DNA of 64,000 nt, taken from contig OZ024740.1 of the NCBI GenBank assembly GCA_964016885.1, forward strand, positions 165,292,001 to 165,356,000. The letters are read 5' to 3'. This DNA is from Eledone cirrhosa. Its lineage: Eukaryota. This document shows, one piece after another, positions 27,969 through 41,551 of this stretch. The first letter of the stretch is position 1, and each line of letters begins with the position of its first letter. The position numbers were made by a program, and so were the translations under genes. The notes under the pieces are model-generated. The model made no database searches. It had not been told where the DNA came from and saw only the letters and a list, made by a program, of their open reading frames with translations.

Positions 27969-29799
27969 ACAGTTGTTATTGTTGCTACTACTATTGTTGT
28001 TGTATTCATTGTATAATGAATTTATTTAATGCTTTCGGGATTTAAAACTGAATGATCGACTATGACTCGCTTGACAATTTCATTTTTTTTTTTACTCATC
28101 ATTCTTATAACCACTGCTACCGCTTACCACACATGTACCACTACTATCGCAATCACTACGATTACCATTTTTACAATTGCTTCTACCTCTACTACTTAAC
28201 AGACACATCTTTCTGAAAAAAATTAATAATACCACTTCTTTCTAGAAAAACCACCAATACCCACTCCAGCTATACTGCATTTATACACCAACACAAACAA
28301 CTCCATACTTCGATAATTCGAGCACACAAAGGATATTTATAATATATCGTCGACTACAACGATTACTGTAATTACTAACATCATCAGCAACGAGATAACT
28401 ACTACCATCTTTAAATCGAGCTGGTCGTATGATCCAGTTCCACGCACCTGAAAAAATAACAGGATGGTAATGGCTGATATGCTTTTGACCATAGGCTTTC
28501 TCGATCAGGAATGGTCTAAACCTAATCATCAATGCCTTCAGCAACTGTAGTGATATATCATAATAATGCACTAGTCTTCTCTTCAATGTATTGGCTGTTT
28601 CTAGTTTTTGTGACAATAGAATCGTTGTGACAATAAGATCGTAAACCATTTCAAAATAATATTTTATTATCTTGAATTGTCATCCTTATCGTTGTTTTGT
28701 AAATTTAAGCTCTCCTTTAACCTATAATTTTTCTTTACCCACAAAATCCTATATACTTCATTATTCAATAAAAATCTACAATAAGGGTTAGAATTTGATT
28801 CACTAACGAGGGTTAATAATGCAAAAACGTGTCCGGACTTGTCAACGTACTACTAAATATTTGAATTACTCCTCACTGCCATAAATATATAATTAATTTT
28901 AATTAATTCAATTTTCGGGTTTATTTTTCCCAATAAAATTAATTTATCAGAATCTGTTATTCAGATAATGATTCATTTGATCATTTAAAGTGTGGTTTGG
29001 GGATTTTTATATTTCTTATCTTACTACATCAACTTAGCAGGTGAGCACTTAACTGTTAAATTTTCTTGCAAAAATGTCCCTAGCTATTTCCGCCTAGTCA
29101 TTCATTTAATTTATAACGCCCTTCTTCATTCATGTACAAAAATCCTATAATCTTGTAATCGAACAGTTGAAATAATGAAGAGACTACACTTCACCGAGGA
29201 GGTCTAAAAGACAAAAACTGGAAAAAAGTTGTCAGCATACAGTTAACGATCAAACCCAGGTTCACCGTCCGCTAAATCTATATTTCGTTCTTGTAAATAA
29301 CTGAAATTTCAGGCCTTTCTCATATGAATTTTGAAAATCAGAATCTGCCATTTTCTAAATGACTGTTCTCATTATTACTGATGTATTTTGGTTAAGATCT
29401 TGAAATTTGCTACAACGAGAATACAAGCACTTAACAACATTGACCTCTTCTTGATACGGGTATAGACTCCAGTATTTAAACTGAACATGTTCACTATATT
29501 AAGTATATTAATACTTATTTCAATATTCATCATATAGCTGAGCTAAGCTGCCTATAGACGGTCACCTGACCTACTAAATATAATAGACAACCCTCTTATA
29601 AATGACACGGTAGAGTCATAAAACAAAATAAAATGGTGACATTAGATATTGAAGATTTAGTTGGGAAAGTCAGTATAGAATTTAGTTTGATCATAGCCTT
29701 GCTCAATCAGGGCTACTTCTATTGACATCACTAATACCAATGCAGCTAGCGCCAAAACATTACCAACCACTCACCCACAACCATGCACAATAATAATAA

Positions 29800-29998
29800 A
29801 ATTGGTTTCTGATTTAGGGTCAAAGACAGTAATTTGGAGCAAGAAAATGTCGATTATATAGAACTTAGTATGTGATTGGTACTTTACTTTATCAGGATGA
29901 AAGGCAAATTTGAACTCGGTGGGATTTGAAATCAGAACGTAGAGAGGCGTAACAAAATAACCTGAGGCATTTTGTCCGACACGCTAATGATTCTGCCA
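29800..29998 (-). mobile_element. Older copy of the same SINE family
   Basis: ggatgaaaggcaaa..ctcggtgggatttgaa..cagaacgta..ttctgcca. Confidence 0.8.
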
Positions 29999-31326
29999 AT
30001 AAAAGTAACAGGACTACCACCCAACGGGAAAGTATGTTCAACTTTCCTTGACCTGCTAGAAATATCAACCAGCCTCTGTAGAATGACAGACTTTGCTATG
30101 GCCATTGGTGCACAGCACCTGGACACAAGGTCAGATGTTCATGAGTGGAATGCCTTTTAAAGCCTCCTTGATATGATCTTCCCTGGAGCTACACAACAAA
30201 AGCAACAAGACTCATACTACAATAATAAAAGAAAGTACAAAGCGTATTTAATATCAGCATAACCCCTTCCTCATACACACCAACATCACTACAGAACCCA
30301 CCGCTGCCACTATTACCGTCACTACTGACAGCATCACTATTTCAATAAACACAGCTGAAAGTAACCATACTCATAGTAACCCTGTTCTATCCACAAAACA
30401 GCACGCTAAAAGCCACCACTGTATCCTTTTTTGCATTTTATGGCTAAATTTGAAAACCTGGCTTCTTTGAAAAATGTTGACATGATCATTTTGATTTGAC
30501 CACATTTTAAATTTGGGGCATTTTGTTCTTGTTTTTCAGGAGTTGGGAGATTATATTTTTAGAATGTATATGGCCTAGTTAACTGGCGTCGCATGTAGCA
30601 AATGTAATCTGTAGATAGTTGACATTTTCCTTACTCAAACCCACGTCATATCATGCTTGAATTGAAAAGTCTTTATGATTTTGAATATAAGTACAAGATA
30701 AAAGGGAAGAAAAGCTATCTCTGGCTATAGAAAGCAACGAATATTAAGGAGAAAATTGCAGTAATCGCTGTCGTTGTACAGTAAAATGTAAACTATATCA
30801 TTTTGCTTAATATAAAGAGTCTTCGTAGCAAACACCTAGTATGACTGATTTAAATCAAGGTAATTTATCTTCATTTGTGACCAAGACAATTCTGAATCTG
30901 ATAACATAATAAAAAACAGCTTGAAATAAATTTCGCAAATAGCAGTTACTTGTCATTATTCAGTGATGGCTATCAATCATCTGAATGAATTTACAAAAAG
31001 TGGTGGTGGTGGTGGTGTATGTGTGTGTGTAGGGGGGGGGGGGAGGTACGAGAACTCTTAGGAGAAAATTATACTGAAGCAATTTCTCTCAAATAATTCA
31101 AAAATATGGTGATTTCAGCTTCAGAAGCAGATATGAAAAAATGCGTTAAGGAAAGATGACTGTGTAGTTCATTGATGGATGAACGGAATGAACTAATACT
31201 GTAATTAAGAACCACTTGAGTATTGAGGTGAAATTTTTGAGAGGAAGTGAAGATAACGTAGCTAAGAAAATGTTTTTAACTTTTGGTTCTTGTCTTTTTC
31301 TGCAAATATATCATTACATATCTCGC

Positions 31327-31408
<82 letters not shown>

Positions 31409-31545
31409 GAAAGAGACATATATATATACACATATATATACACATATATATGTGTATGTGTGTATATATATATATATATAAATAAATATATATATGTATA
31501 TACAAATTATAATAAAATAACAGGAGACTGGACTTGATAGGTTTA

Positions 31546-31610
<65 letters not shown>

Positions 31611-31629
31611 ATATATATATGTGTGTGTG

Positions 31630-31726
<97 letters not shown>

Positions 31727-32875
31727 GGATATGTGTGTGTGTGTGTTCATATTGTTAAATAAGCTGATAGAATATATGAATTCAGGAAAACTTATATTGA
31801 TGGCAATATTTTGAGATTAATAAAATATCTGTGTTGTGAATGAAGACGACATTGCCAAAATGTATGTAAATGTCATTCTTTTGCCATGTACACTGAGATC
31901 CCCATTGTAGAGCATTCATCACATCATGGAGTACTCATACTTGAAATTCTTTTCTAGCTTTCTCAATCTGGCTTGTGCTGAGAAAATTACAAATCTATAT
32001 TTTTGAATACTAAAAGTACAACGTAATTATTCAAGTATATATTACCATTTGAAAAACTTTCTAAAGCTAGAAGACTTGTGAGAAGAAATAAACGTTTAAG
32101 ATTCTATTATACAAGCAATAACTAAAATGCTAATTTGCTCGTGCAACATATACTCGTGCAACCGATACTTGTACAAACAACACAAAATACAAAGCCAGAA
32201 TATTGGCAGAAATGTGATATAATAAAACGAACTACCTTATATTTTAACTTTTTTTCACCCATGGCATGACGGTTAGAACCCCGGATGGAATATTTTAGTT
32301 CTCAAATAAAGTTACTTTCGAAAAGCTTTGAAAAACTCCAAGTTAGCGAGATAATAATTGATATTAGAACGAAGTTTAGAATTGAATTCAGGACGAAATT
32401 TAATATTACATGTTTCGATATATCTTTATATATGGTATGGTCAATATTATAATGTAGGAGTAACGTGATGTGATTTAATACCCATGCCACACTATAAACT
32501 GAAATTGGGATAGATATATTAATTAAGTCTAATATCAGAATGCATACCAAATAATTTTCGTCTTTATAAATATTACATCATATTAAATGTTGTGTAGGTA
32601 TCCTTGCATGAATTTAATATAATCAGCACATGTAGGGTATTATATAAATACTATTGAAAGGTACATTGAGAAATACATGTATTAAACTCTAAGTATTTAA
32701 ACCAGTAGAACCGCCATGAAGTATGGGATATGTTATTTATATATGTTGTACACCGGATTCCACTCCGTCGATGGGATGCTATTCATTCAGAGTTACGAGG
32801 GAATATGAAAAATAATCAATAGCAAAAACAAATCATTGTTTACATTTTCAGTACCTGTCTGATTAAAACGCATTA

Positions 32876-33128
32876 TGAGGTTAACTTTTCCTTTCATCCT
32901 TACGGGGTCGATAAAATAATGTACCTGTAATGCACTGGGTATTTGCTAGCCTTGTGCCAAAAGTAGAAACAATTATATAACTATTATGGCCCTTGCCATT
33001 CTGAGTTCAAATCCCGCCGAGGTTAACTTTGCTTTTCATCCTTACGGGGTCGATAAAATAAAGTACCAGTAATGTACTAGGTAATTGCTGGTCTTGTGCC
33101 AAAAGTAGAAACAATTATATAACTATTA
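32876..33128 (+). mobile_element. Two 5'-truncated SINE copies in tandem; the second has a 15-bp TSD (attatataactatta, 32972-32986 / 33114-33128)
   Basis: Repeated gaggttaacttt..catccttacggggtcgataaaata..gccaaaagtagaaacaatt. Confidence 0.9.
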
Positions 33129-33534
33129 CAAAACTGTCATTTTAATGCCTTTGAAATGTACTTAATAGTTATTTTAGACAATAAATCGTCTCTTCCATTA
33201 TATAGAGCGCAGAAAATAACTGCAATTGCAGTCAGGTACTATAAAATAGCGTATAAAAACCGGGTAACGACACTTGGAGTCGGAAAAGTTTTTACTGCAG
33301 CCGCTACTTAGAATTGAACTTCGTGTAACACAGTTACCAGCTAGGAGCTCTAACCAATTAGCCAAGAGACCTATAAGAGAATCCTACCTTCTAAGTTAAG
33401 GAGCTGAAAATGTAAACAATCGTCGTCTATGAAGCTCGAATTTTCGAACATACAAAGCGCTGAGTATATAAACTTATAAAAGGATGTAGGATGCTCAAGC
33501 GCAGAAAATAACTGGAATTATTGTCAGTCAGTTG

Positions 33535-33603
<69 letters not shown>

Positions 33604-33714
33604 AAATTTCAAGTTATCAATAATGTGGTGATAATATATGGTCACATTAGAGATAAACAGCGTACGTGTAGGTTTGCTCAGCGAGTATAAATTATATTCC
33701 GGAGAAAATGTAGA

Positions 33715-34075
33715 AAAGATGAATATAAAATGAAAGTGCTTTTATAAAGGAATTTATTAGGTAATGGCATATGTTTCTGTAACAGACGGAATACCTATGT
33801 ATCGCTGCTTGCGTAATCATATAATATTAGCACGTAATCGATAGCAAATGTATAATCAGTTGTCACTTCTACAGAGATATTGGATTTATCTGAAGAAGTG
33901 ACAACTGATTATACATTTGCTATCGATTACGTGTTAATATTATATGATTCGATTACGTGCTAATATTATATGATTACGCAAGCAGCGATACAAAGGTATT
34001 CTGTCTGTTACAGAAACATATGTCAATACCTAAAAAATTCCTTTATAAAAGCACTTTCATTTTATATTCATCTTT
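33715..34075. repeat. Fold-back inverted pair (33715-33870 / 33894-34075) of an HHR-like unit with large stem II insert
   Basis: Arms near-identical. Plus arm: CTGAAGA A GTGACA...TGTTAC A GAAA CATATG TC (33890-34024). Confidence 0.8.
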
Positions 34076-34339
34076 ACTATATATATATATACACACACAC
34101 ACTCGTCCTCCTAGCGTGGGTATCTCTGTTACCTTCTTTCAAACTGTACGGTTTGAATCGTTTTTATTTTAATAAAATTCGGAAACGAATCGATGGAAGA
34201 TTAGATGTATTTTGTCCAAACTAATATTATGGAGTAGAATAACTGATATCGATTAGTGAAAACATAAACAAAATTGTACTTTGCCCTATGAAACCATCGT
34301 AAACATCGGATTAATTACTTCCAAGTCGTATATTCTTTG

Positions 34340-35227
34340 TTTTACTGTTCAACATCATGCCAGGAACAACCATAAAATCTCTGAATCAGCAAAACCCACT
34401 GTACGAATAAGAAATGTGTAAAACTAGAAATGTTGTCTGTAGCACAAGATGTACAGAGGGTACTTGCAGAAACAAGACAACGACATACATAGATGAGACA
34501 GCTCGAAGCAGAGGAGAAAGAATCGATCAACACTGGGGGGAACTAAATGGACAAAAAACGCTTCAGTACTATATGAACACACCAGACAAAGACATGACGG
34601 TAATATAGACAAAATAGAAATTAAAATAATAACTAAGGTAGGCAAATCAGAGAAGCAACTGAGATAGAACTAAGAATAACGAAGTTGAACAGAAAGAACG
34701 AATGGAATAACAACAACAACCATACCAAAACAAACAATACTGACTTAATGGAAATATAAATAAATAAATAAATATATATATATACACAAGTACAATAACA
34801 GTAAACGCATATAAACACACACAAGTGAACATAGATAGAATACAAAAACAAAACACATACACTCAAACGCGAACACGCACGCCAAACATTATACACACGC
34901 GCAAACGCATGCGCAGAGACAGAGACAAGAAAAAATAAATTAATTAATTAAATAAAAATGGCGTAGACATTACAATACAATGGGAGGAAACATAGTACCA
35001 CTGATGATGTTGCAGATGTGGGACGAAATAACTTTGATAGACTCTATATATATATATTTATATCCGTATTTTTAACCGCTGGTCAATCAATGATAAACAT
35101 TGATTATCAAATAAATTAACTATGGAGATATAAAAGATACACAAGCGAAACCAACCCAAACCAAACAGTGAGTGTGTTCTTAAGTCTGACAATATTATAA
35201 CAGCATGACCTTCCCCAAGTATAACAA
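34340..35227 (+). mobile_element. Old diverged relative of the 1830-7755 PLE: GIY-YIG remnant plus terminal repeat with degenerate HHR (~34997-35038)
   Basis: CKTRNVVCSTRCTEGTCRNKTTTYIDETARSRGERIDQHW; CTGATGA..GAC GAAA TAAC TT TGA; ends caagtataacaat. Confidence 0.85.
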
Positions 35228-35872
35228 TACCCCCCCCCCCCACACACACACATATATATATATGTTAATAATTCTATTGACAGATTAATTGCATAAGTTT
35301 ATTTTAAAAACTACCCGGTTGAGTGCTTATTCGATTTGTTCTATCTATGCAATTGTTTGTATGAGATACACATACTGAATTCATTTGTGACTTACACATG
35401 TGCGTTTACAAAGTTCTGCGTCACTCGCAAAGTTGGTTACAGAGCAAAATTACCTGTTGACAACGTGATATTCCTTGTTCGATCATTATGCTGAAAGCTT
35501 ATAGTTTTAAGCAGACAGTATTATTGATTTAGGTGTCATAGAAACCCTGCATTTGGATTTTACCATCAATTCCATTTCGGTCCAGGTCTGTTTTTATCAT
35601 TCATTTTGTTTGACCTGTTTAGCTTGATTTGTTTTTTGGCTTAGGTGGTTAATGCTTTCTTGACCACTTTTCAGTTTGTATGGCGTTTTAACATATTGTT
35701 TAGCTCTAGTTTTCTTAATAATTGAGCGCTTACCATCATTTCTACGATTTTGCGTTTCGTTTCGATTTTTCTACCAGCCGAAATACGATTCTCGCTGAAT
35801 TATATTTATATATATATGTGCTATTATTATTGGTGCTCTGAAATAGCGATGTATACACGAATGTATGTATAA

Positions 35873-36027
35873 TATGTTTGGCAATATACCGCATGTTTAA
35901 TTAAAAACATTTAGAAGACCATTCGCTATCAGTTTTAAAGTAGCGACTACATCACTTACTTAATCTTGGCATAGCAAATGGTCTTCTAAATGTTTTTAAT
36001 TAACCATACAGTATATTGGCAAATATA
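35873..36027. repeat. Imperfect ~57-bp inverted repeat (35873-35929 / 35971-36027) just upstream of an HHR
   Basis: ttaattaaaaacatttagaagaccatt / aatggtcttctaaatgtttttaattaa. Confidence 0.88.
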
Positions 36028-36064
36028 CTATACATCCATTTATATATATTCCAAAATCAATAGA

Positions 36065-36161
36065 TGTGTCTGAGGAACCTGTGAATCCAGAGTCAGGTCG
36101 ATCCACGCACAGATCGCACCTCGAGCTGTTCGCCGGGGAAACAATTGTAATACGCAATAAA
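36065..36161 (+). ncRNA. Type I hammerhead with palindromic stem III and expanded stem II, followed by AATAAA
   Basis: TGTGT CTGAGGA A CCTG [~50 nt] CGGG GAAA CAATTG TA ATACG c AATAAA. Confidence 0.75.
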
Positions 36162-36212
36162 TTGAGTTTCGTGCATCACTGATTTTTCATTTTCCATTCT
36201 CTCTATATATAA

Positions 36213-36299
<87 letters not shown>

Positions 36300-36574
36300 C
36301 CTATAAACGTTATCAAAGTAAAGTTATATATAAAGCGAAGGAAGTGTGGTAAGGAACCAGATGAACCATAACGCACCAGAGTACTCAATACTTAGGGTAG
36401 TAGAGTGGGTAATAGGAAAATGTTTAACCCCGACGGCAGAGCTCAAGCCGTTTCGACGGTTATTTCTGGACTCAAAGTAAAGTTATATTAAGTTATATAA
36501 GTTAGACATGGCCTGGGCCAATACTGGCCGAAACCTATCAAAGTTATCAAAGTAAAGTAATATATAACTTAATA

Positions 36575-38092
36575 GCACCACCTGGTGAAGTCTTACGAAT
36601 CAGGGTTTGGGCACCATGGCCCACTCGAGCAGAGAGTTATTGTTTACGGGGGCATATCCGGGCGTAGGAGGCTTATCCGGGATTTCTTGAAGGAATTTGT
36701 CCAAAGACTTCTTGAACTTGATGGGGTCTGTTTCTGTTTTGATGTGTTTGGGTGCAATGTTAAAGAGAGCAGAGCCAATTGAGGTGAAATAATTGTGGCG
36801 TATTGTTGTTATGAGATGCGATTGATATTTTTGTCGTGGGCGGATAACACGGGGCCTAAGCCTTCGGTGTACATTAAAGGTGATGCCAACATCATTTAGG
36901 CAAAGCTGATGGAATATTTTCCACATCATGCAGATAATGTAGCGATCATTTTGACGTTGGAGAGAATAAAGGTTCAGCTTTTCTAATCGACTCCGATAGT
37001 CAAGGCCTGTCATGCCATCTATACTTTTTTAATCGATATTTGGGGTGCTTCAACGTTCATGATACATGGACAACAGTATTCAAGGTGGGGTCGGGCAAAA
37101 GTGGAGAAGAGAAGGATAACAGTGTGGATATCTCTCGACTGGAAGGTTCTGATAATCCAGGAACACATTCTGCGGTCCATGTCAACTTTGCTGTTTATAT
37201 GAGTGGCCCAGCTTATGTTGTTGTCCACAATTACTCCCAGATCTCTGATGTTTGATGCCACTAGAGTTTCACCCGAAGGAAAAGAGTATGGTAGTTTCAG
37301 GGCATCCTTTTTTCCAAAGTGGATTATTTCAAACTTATCCTCGTTCAACAGCATATTATTCTTTTCTGCCCATTGGATAACAGACAGTAGGTCTGACTGA
37401 AGGCAAGTCCGGTCATCCACCTCATTGATGACCCTTTGGAGCTTTGAATCATCTGCGAAGATTCTTATGTTGCTGTGCTTGATGATGTCAGTAATGTCAT
37501 TAATGTAGATGATGAAAAGAAGTGGGCACAACACAGTGCCTTGTGGGACGCCACTGCTGACGTTGGCAGGACTTGATTTTATCCTTCGACTACAACATGC
37601 TGGGTTCTGTCTGTCAGGAAACATTTGATCCACTGTAGTAACTTTCCAGAGACACCAATATTGGATAGTTTTTTCAGTAGAATCTTATGATCAACCCTTT
37701 CGAAGGCCTTGCTGAAGTCAAGGTAGATGACATCAGTGTTGGAGCCCTCTCCCAAGGCTCTCAAATCATTGTCAAAGTGATGCAGGAGCTGCGTTAGGCA
37801 GTACCTTCCATTACGGAACCCACGTTGGTTGGAGTTCAGCAGGCCGTTGCTTTCAAGAAAGTAGGTTATTCTTGATCTCACCACCCTCTCAAATACCTTG
37901 GTAATATGAGAGGTGAGTGAGATCGGACGTTAGTTCACTGCAAGGGACTTATTTCCCCTTTTTGAAGACTGGGACAACCGACTGGGACAGAAAGTTTTCG
38001 GGGAATATAGGCAGTATCTATTGAGTTCCTACACAGATTAGCAAGAGAAGATGCAAGTTGGTGTCGACACACCTTCAGGACACAAGCAGGGA
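36575..38092 (-). mobile_element. CR1/L2-group LINE, 5'-truncated RT and C-terminus, frameshifted
   Basis: FPACVLK; NQRGFRNGR; YLDFSKAFERVDH; SGVPQGTVLCPLLFIIYINDI; IFADDSK; RPHLEYC; LDYRSRLEKLNLYSL. Confidence 0.92.
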
Positions 38093-38147
38093 ACTGCTAT
38101 ATATATTTCGGTGACAGCCATCTTTGGCCATGACCTCTTCAGGCAGT
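38093..38147 (-). ncRNA. Type I hammerhead ribozyme, same structural family as 26310-26365
   Basis: ACTGC CTGAAGA GGT c ATGGCCA aaga TGGCTGT c ACC GAAA TATATA TA GCAGT. Confidence 0.85.
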
Positions 38148-38344
38148 CCGAATTAGTGTGATATAGACAAGTACATATGTTGTTGTCAATACTCTGATAT
38201 GCCCAGTTCCTGGTTGGGTTGTTATTTCACTGAGGAACTGGACTCATATATATATATAATGTAGGAGGTGAGTTTTATCGTAGCACAATAAAGCAATGCA
38301 AGTATCGGATAAGTAGAACTCCACAGTTTATAGTACTGGAGTAT

Positions 38345-38608
38345 AAATAATATAAGATCAAAAGGTGGTTATGCGTTCTCATCAGATAAACTAGGGAGAC
38401 ATGATATGAAGCTTAAAAAACATTTGCGAGCAGTGAAGTGTTAAATCAACATATGAAAAATAAAGTAAGATGGATATATGAGAATGGGAAAAAAAGAGAT
38501 GGGGGGGGGGGGTAAGGAAGGGTAAGAAAGAAAATAAAGGATGACCGGGGCGGAGTATAAGAAGGAAGGATGAGAGAGGAGGAGAAATGAGTGAGAGAGA
38601 GAGATAGA

Positions 38609-38703
<95 letters not shown>

Positions 38704-40584
38704 TTTAAAACTGAGAAAACTCTGTCTCACAGAGAGAAATTAAAAAAACTTTGTAAGATAATAGATAATTTAAAAAGTTTTGAAATTAAAAGTTAATGAG
38801 GTTTATGAATGGTGATGTTTATGATTAAAGAAAGAGGAATTAATAATAGTATTTATTTAAGGTTTATATATTGAAGGGTTTAATAATATGTGCGAAAAAT
38901 GAATTTATTAATATATATTATTAAAATAAAAAATATTAAGGATATAATGTGAATGAAGGAGAGATTAAATGAATTATGAACTTAGAGGGATTAGTTAGGG
39001 TTTAAGTTTGTTTTTATGTATTGTAATATGTAAAAGTAAATAATAGGTTTAATACGTGCACGGAAGGAGAGAAGAAAGAAGAAAATTTAAGGGAGAAAAA
39101 AATATAACGTCAAAAAATATATATGTTTACAAACTTTACTAATGGTAATAGTATATAATAAAAATATAGTTTGTATGGCCAAGAATATAAGGAAAAAGGA
39201 AAATGCTATAGTGAGTAATAATATGAATTAAGAAGTAATTGAGAAGTAAAAGTTACAGATTAAAGATTAGAAATTAAAAAAGAAAAAAGGAAGAAATTAA
39301 AAGGGATAAAAAGAAGAAAGATAGGGGACACGCTAACGACATAGTATGAGTAAATTGTATAATCTAATATACTGAAATAAGGTAGAAAGATGGGTATATT
39401 TGTAAAAGATATAAAAGCGTTGGAGAAAAGAAGATTTTAAACTAATTAGGTATTGAGATATTAGCTGTATACTTTATGGAAAGTTCTATAGGATTTATGC
39501 AAGCAGAGCGAAAATAAATCCGTACGTCTATTTATTATAGAATTAAAATTAGAGATAATGGTAAATTTCTCGGCTAGGCAGAGATTATATGTTCTGGATA
39601 GGGAAGAATTCCGGTAAGGAAAGGCGTTACAAACCTTCCTCCAAGAGATGTTGTAGTTAATATTTTTGTCTTTTAAGGACCATATGAGTTCCGAGAGTGC
39701 CGTGTTAGTTATTTTAAGTTGGTATTTAAAAGACGAATTGTGATTATAAAATCTTTAAAGGAAGTGGAAGTGATACCAAAATAGGTAAAATAATTAGTAC
39801 CAGTTATAACCTTACATTCATACACTAAATTTTTATCAAGACATTGGTTATTAAGAGGACATTTAGTTCTAATAGGGCAATTACAATTACGATTAGAGAA
39901 ATTACCAGAGTTATTAACTAGTGACCTAATATTATTTGTAGAAGGAATTGGATTGGAAAAGTTATTTACGATAGAAACTATTGTTTCCTGATTTAGATTG
40001 GTGTTATGAACATTCGACAAAGTTACGTTTGACGTCGTATTTAAATTTACTGAATCTAGCCTAGAGTTAATATTGACGTCGGATTTATGTACAATGCTCC
40101 TTTTTCTCTATCTATTACTAGTAATATTCCTAGACTATTTTTTAGGGCCTTAGATAAATGCTTCCTTCCCTCGCAAATCTATAGTAAGCTCTTTAACAAA
40201 CATACAATCAAATTCTCTTATTCCACCACTTCCAACACCTCTAACATTATCTCTAAACATAATAATAAAATAGTAAATAGTAAATTATATCCATCCAACA
40301 CTGAGCGTCATCATAATAGCAATAGTAAACCCGACGTCAATGTTAACTCTAAACTAGATTCAGTAAGTTTAAATACGACGTCAAACGTAACTTTGTCGAA
40401 TGTTCATAACATAAAAAAATCAATTGTTGATTTAACACTTCACTGCTCGCAAGTGTTATTTAAGCTTCATATCATGTCTCCCTATTTTATCTAATGAGAA
40501 CGCAAATATCATCCCTTGATGAAATTTGTTTTAGAAATGCGCATAATTAAATATATGGAACTCTTTTAACCATTTTTTGATCTT

Positions 40585-40590
<6 letters not shown>
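38345..40590 (-). mobile_element. PLE (CNC-linker type): GIY-YIG remnant ~39470-40083 (-), long AT-rich 3' region, inverted 5' segment 40087-40410 (+), inverted terminal repeats 38345-38452 / 40424-40590
   Basis: CNCPIRTKCPLNNQCLDKNLVYECKV..YFGITSTSFK (-); YNAPFS..LDKCF..LFNKHTIKFSYS (+); HHR TTTAT CT(A/G)ATGA..GAAA TGCGCA TA at 40486-40551. Confidence 0.85.
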
Positions 40591-40627
<37 letters not shown>

Positions 40628-40967
40628 TTATTTATTAAAATAACAGATTAAAGTTTAAGCAAAGAATCGCTGCTTTCACCCTTAACGGGATCTTCTGAAA
40701 CTAACAAACAAAGTCAATCTGTCAATATGTATATATATATATATATATTAGTAAACGGAATAGAAAATGCTGACAAATTGTTCACAGTTGAAAAATGGTT
40801 TAATTAGGAATAAAAGAGTATTAGTGATTGTATTGGTTAGTATTCAGTTGTGGTTTTAAGTTTTTAAGTTTTTACCGGTTGCGCATTTCTAAATGCTTTA
40901 CAAAAATAATTTTGAGATAGAGTGTCCGTGCTGTTTGCTCTGATCTGATTAGTTTTGGGAATTCTAC

Positions 40968-41378
<411 letters not shown>

Positions 41379-41389
41379 AATATATATAT

Positions 41390-41510
41390 ATGGTGGCTGC
41401 CAACTCGTTTTCGAGTACGGCCACTACTTTATATCCATGTAGAAGAACCCCTACCGATGCGCTGAACGAGTGTGACTTTTTAGTCCAGCCAGCGACTTGA
41501 AAACTCTGGT
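41390..41510 (-). mobile_element. RTE-like 3' tail stub within (TA)n
   Basis: Reverse complement of the 14000-14120 and 27205-27325 sequence. Confidence 0.78.
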
Positions 41511-41518
41511 ACATATAT

Positions 41519-41550
<32 letters not shown>

Positions 41551-41551
<1 letters not shown>

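Noticed and set aside
28281-28649. 122-aa minus-strand ORF with an acceptor-like site near 28448
   Set aside because: No recognisable motif, low-complexity surroundings, no convincing donor.
40661-40700. HHR-like CAGAAGA TCCC..GGG T GAAA on minus
   Set aside because: Core mutated and stems I and III unsupported; at most a relic.
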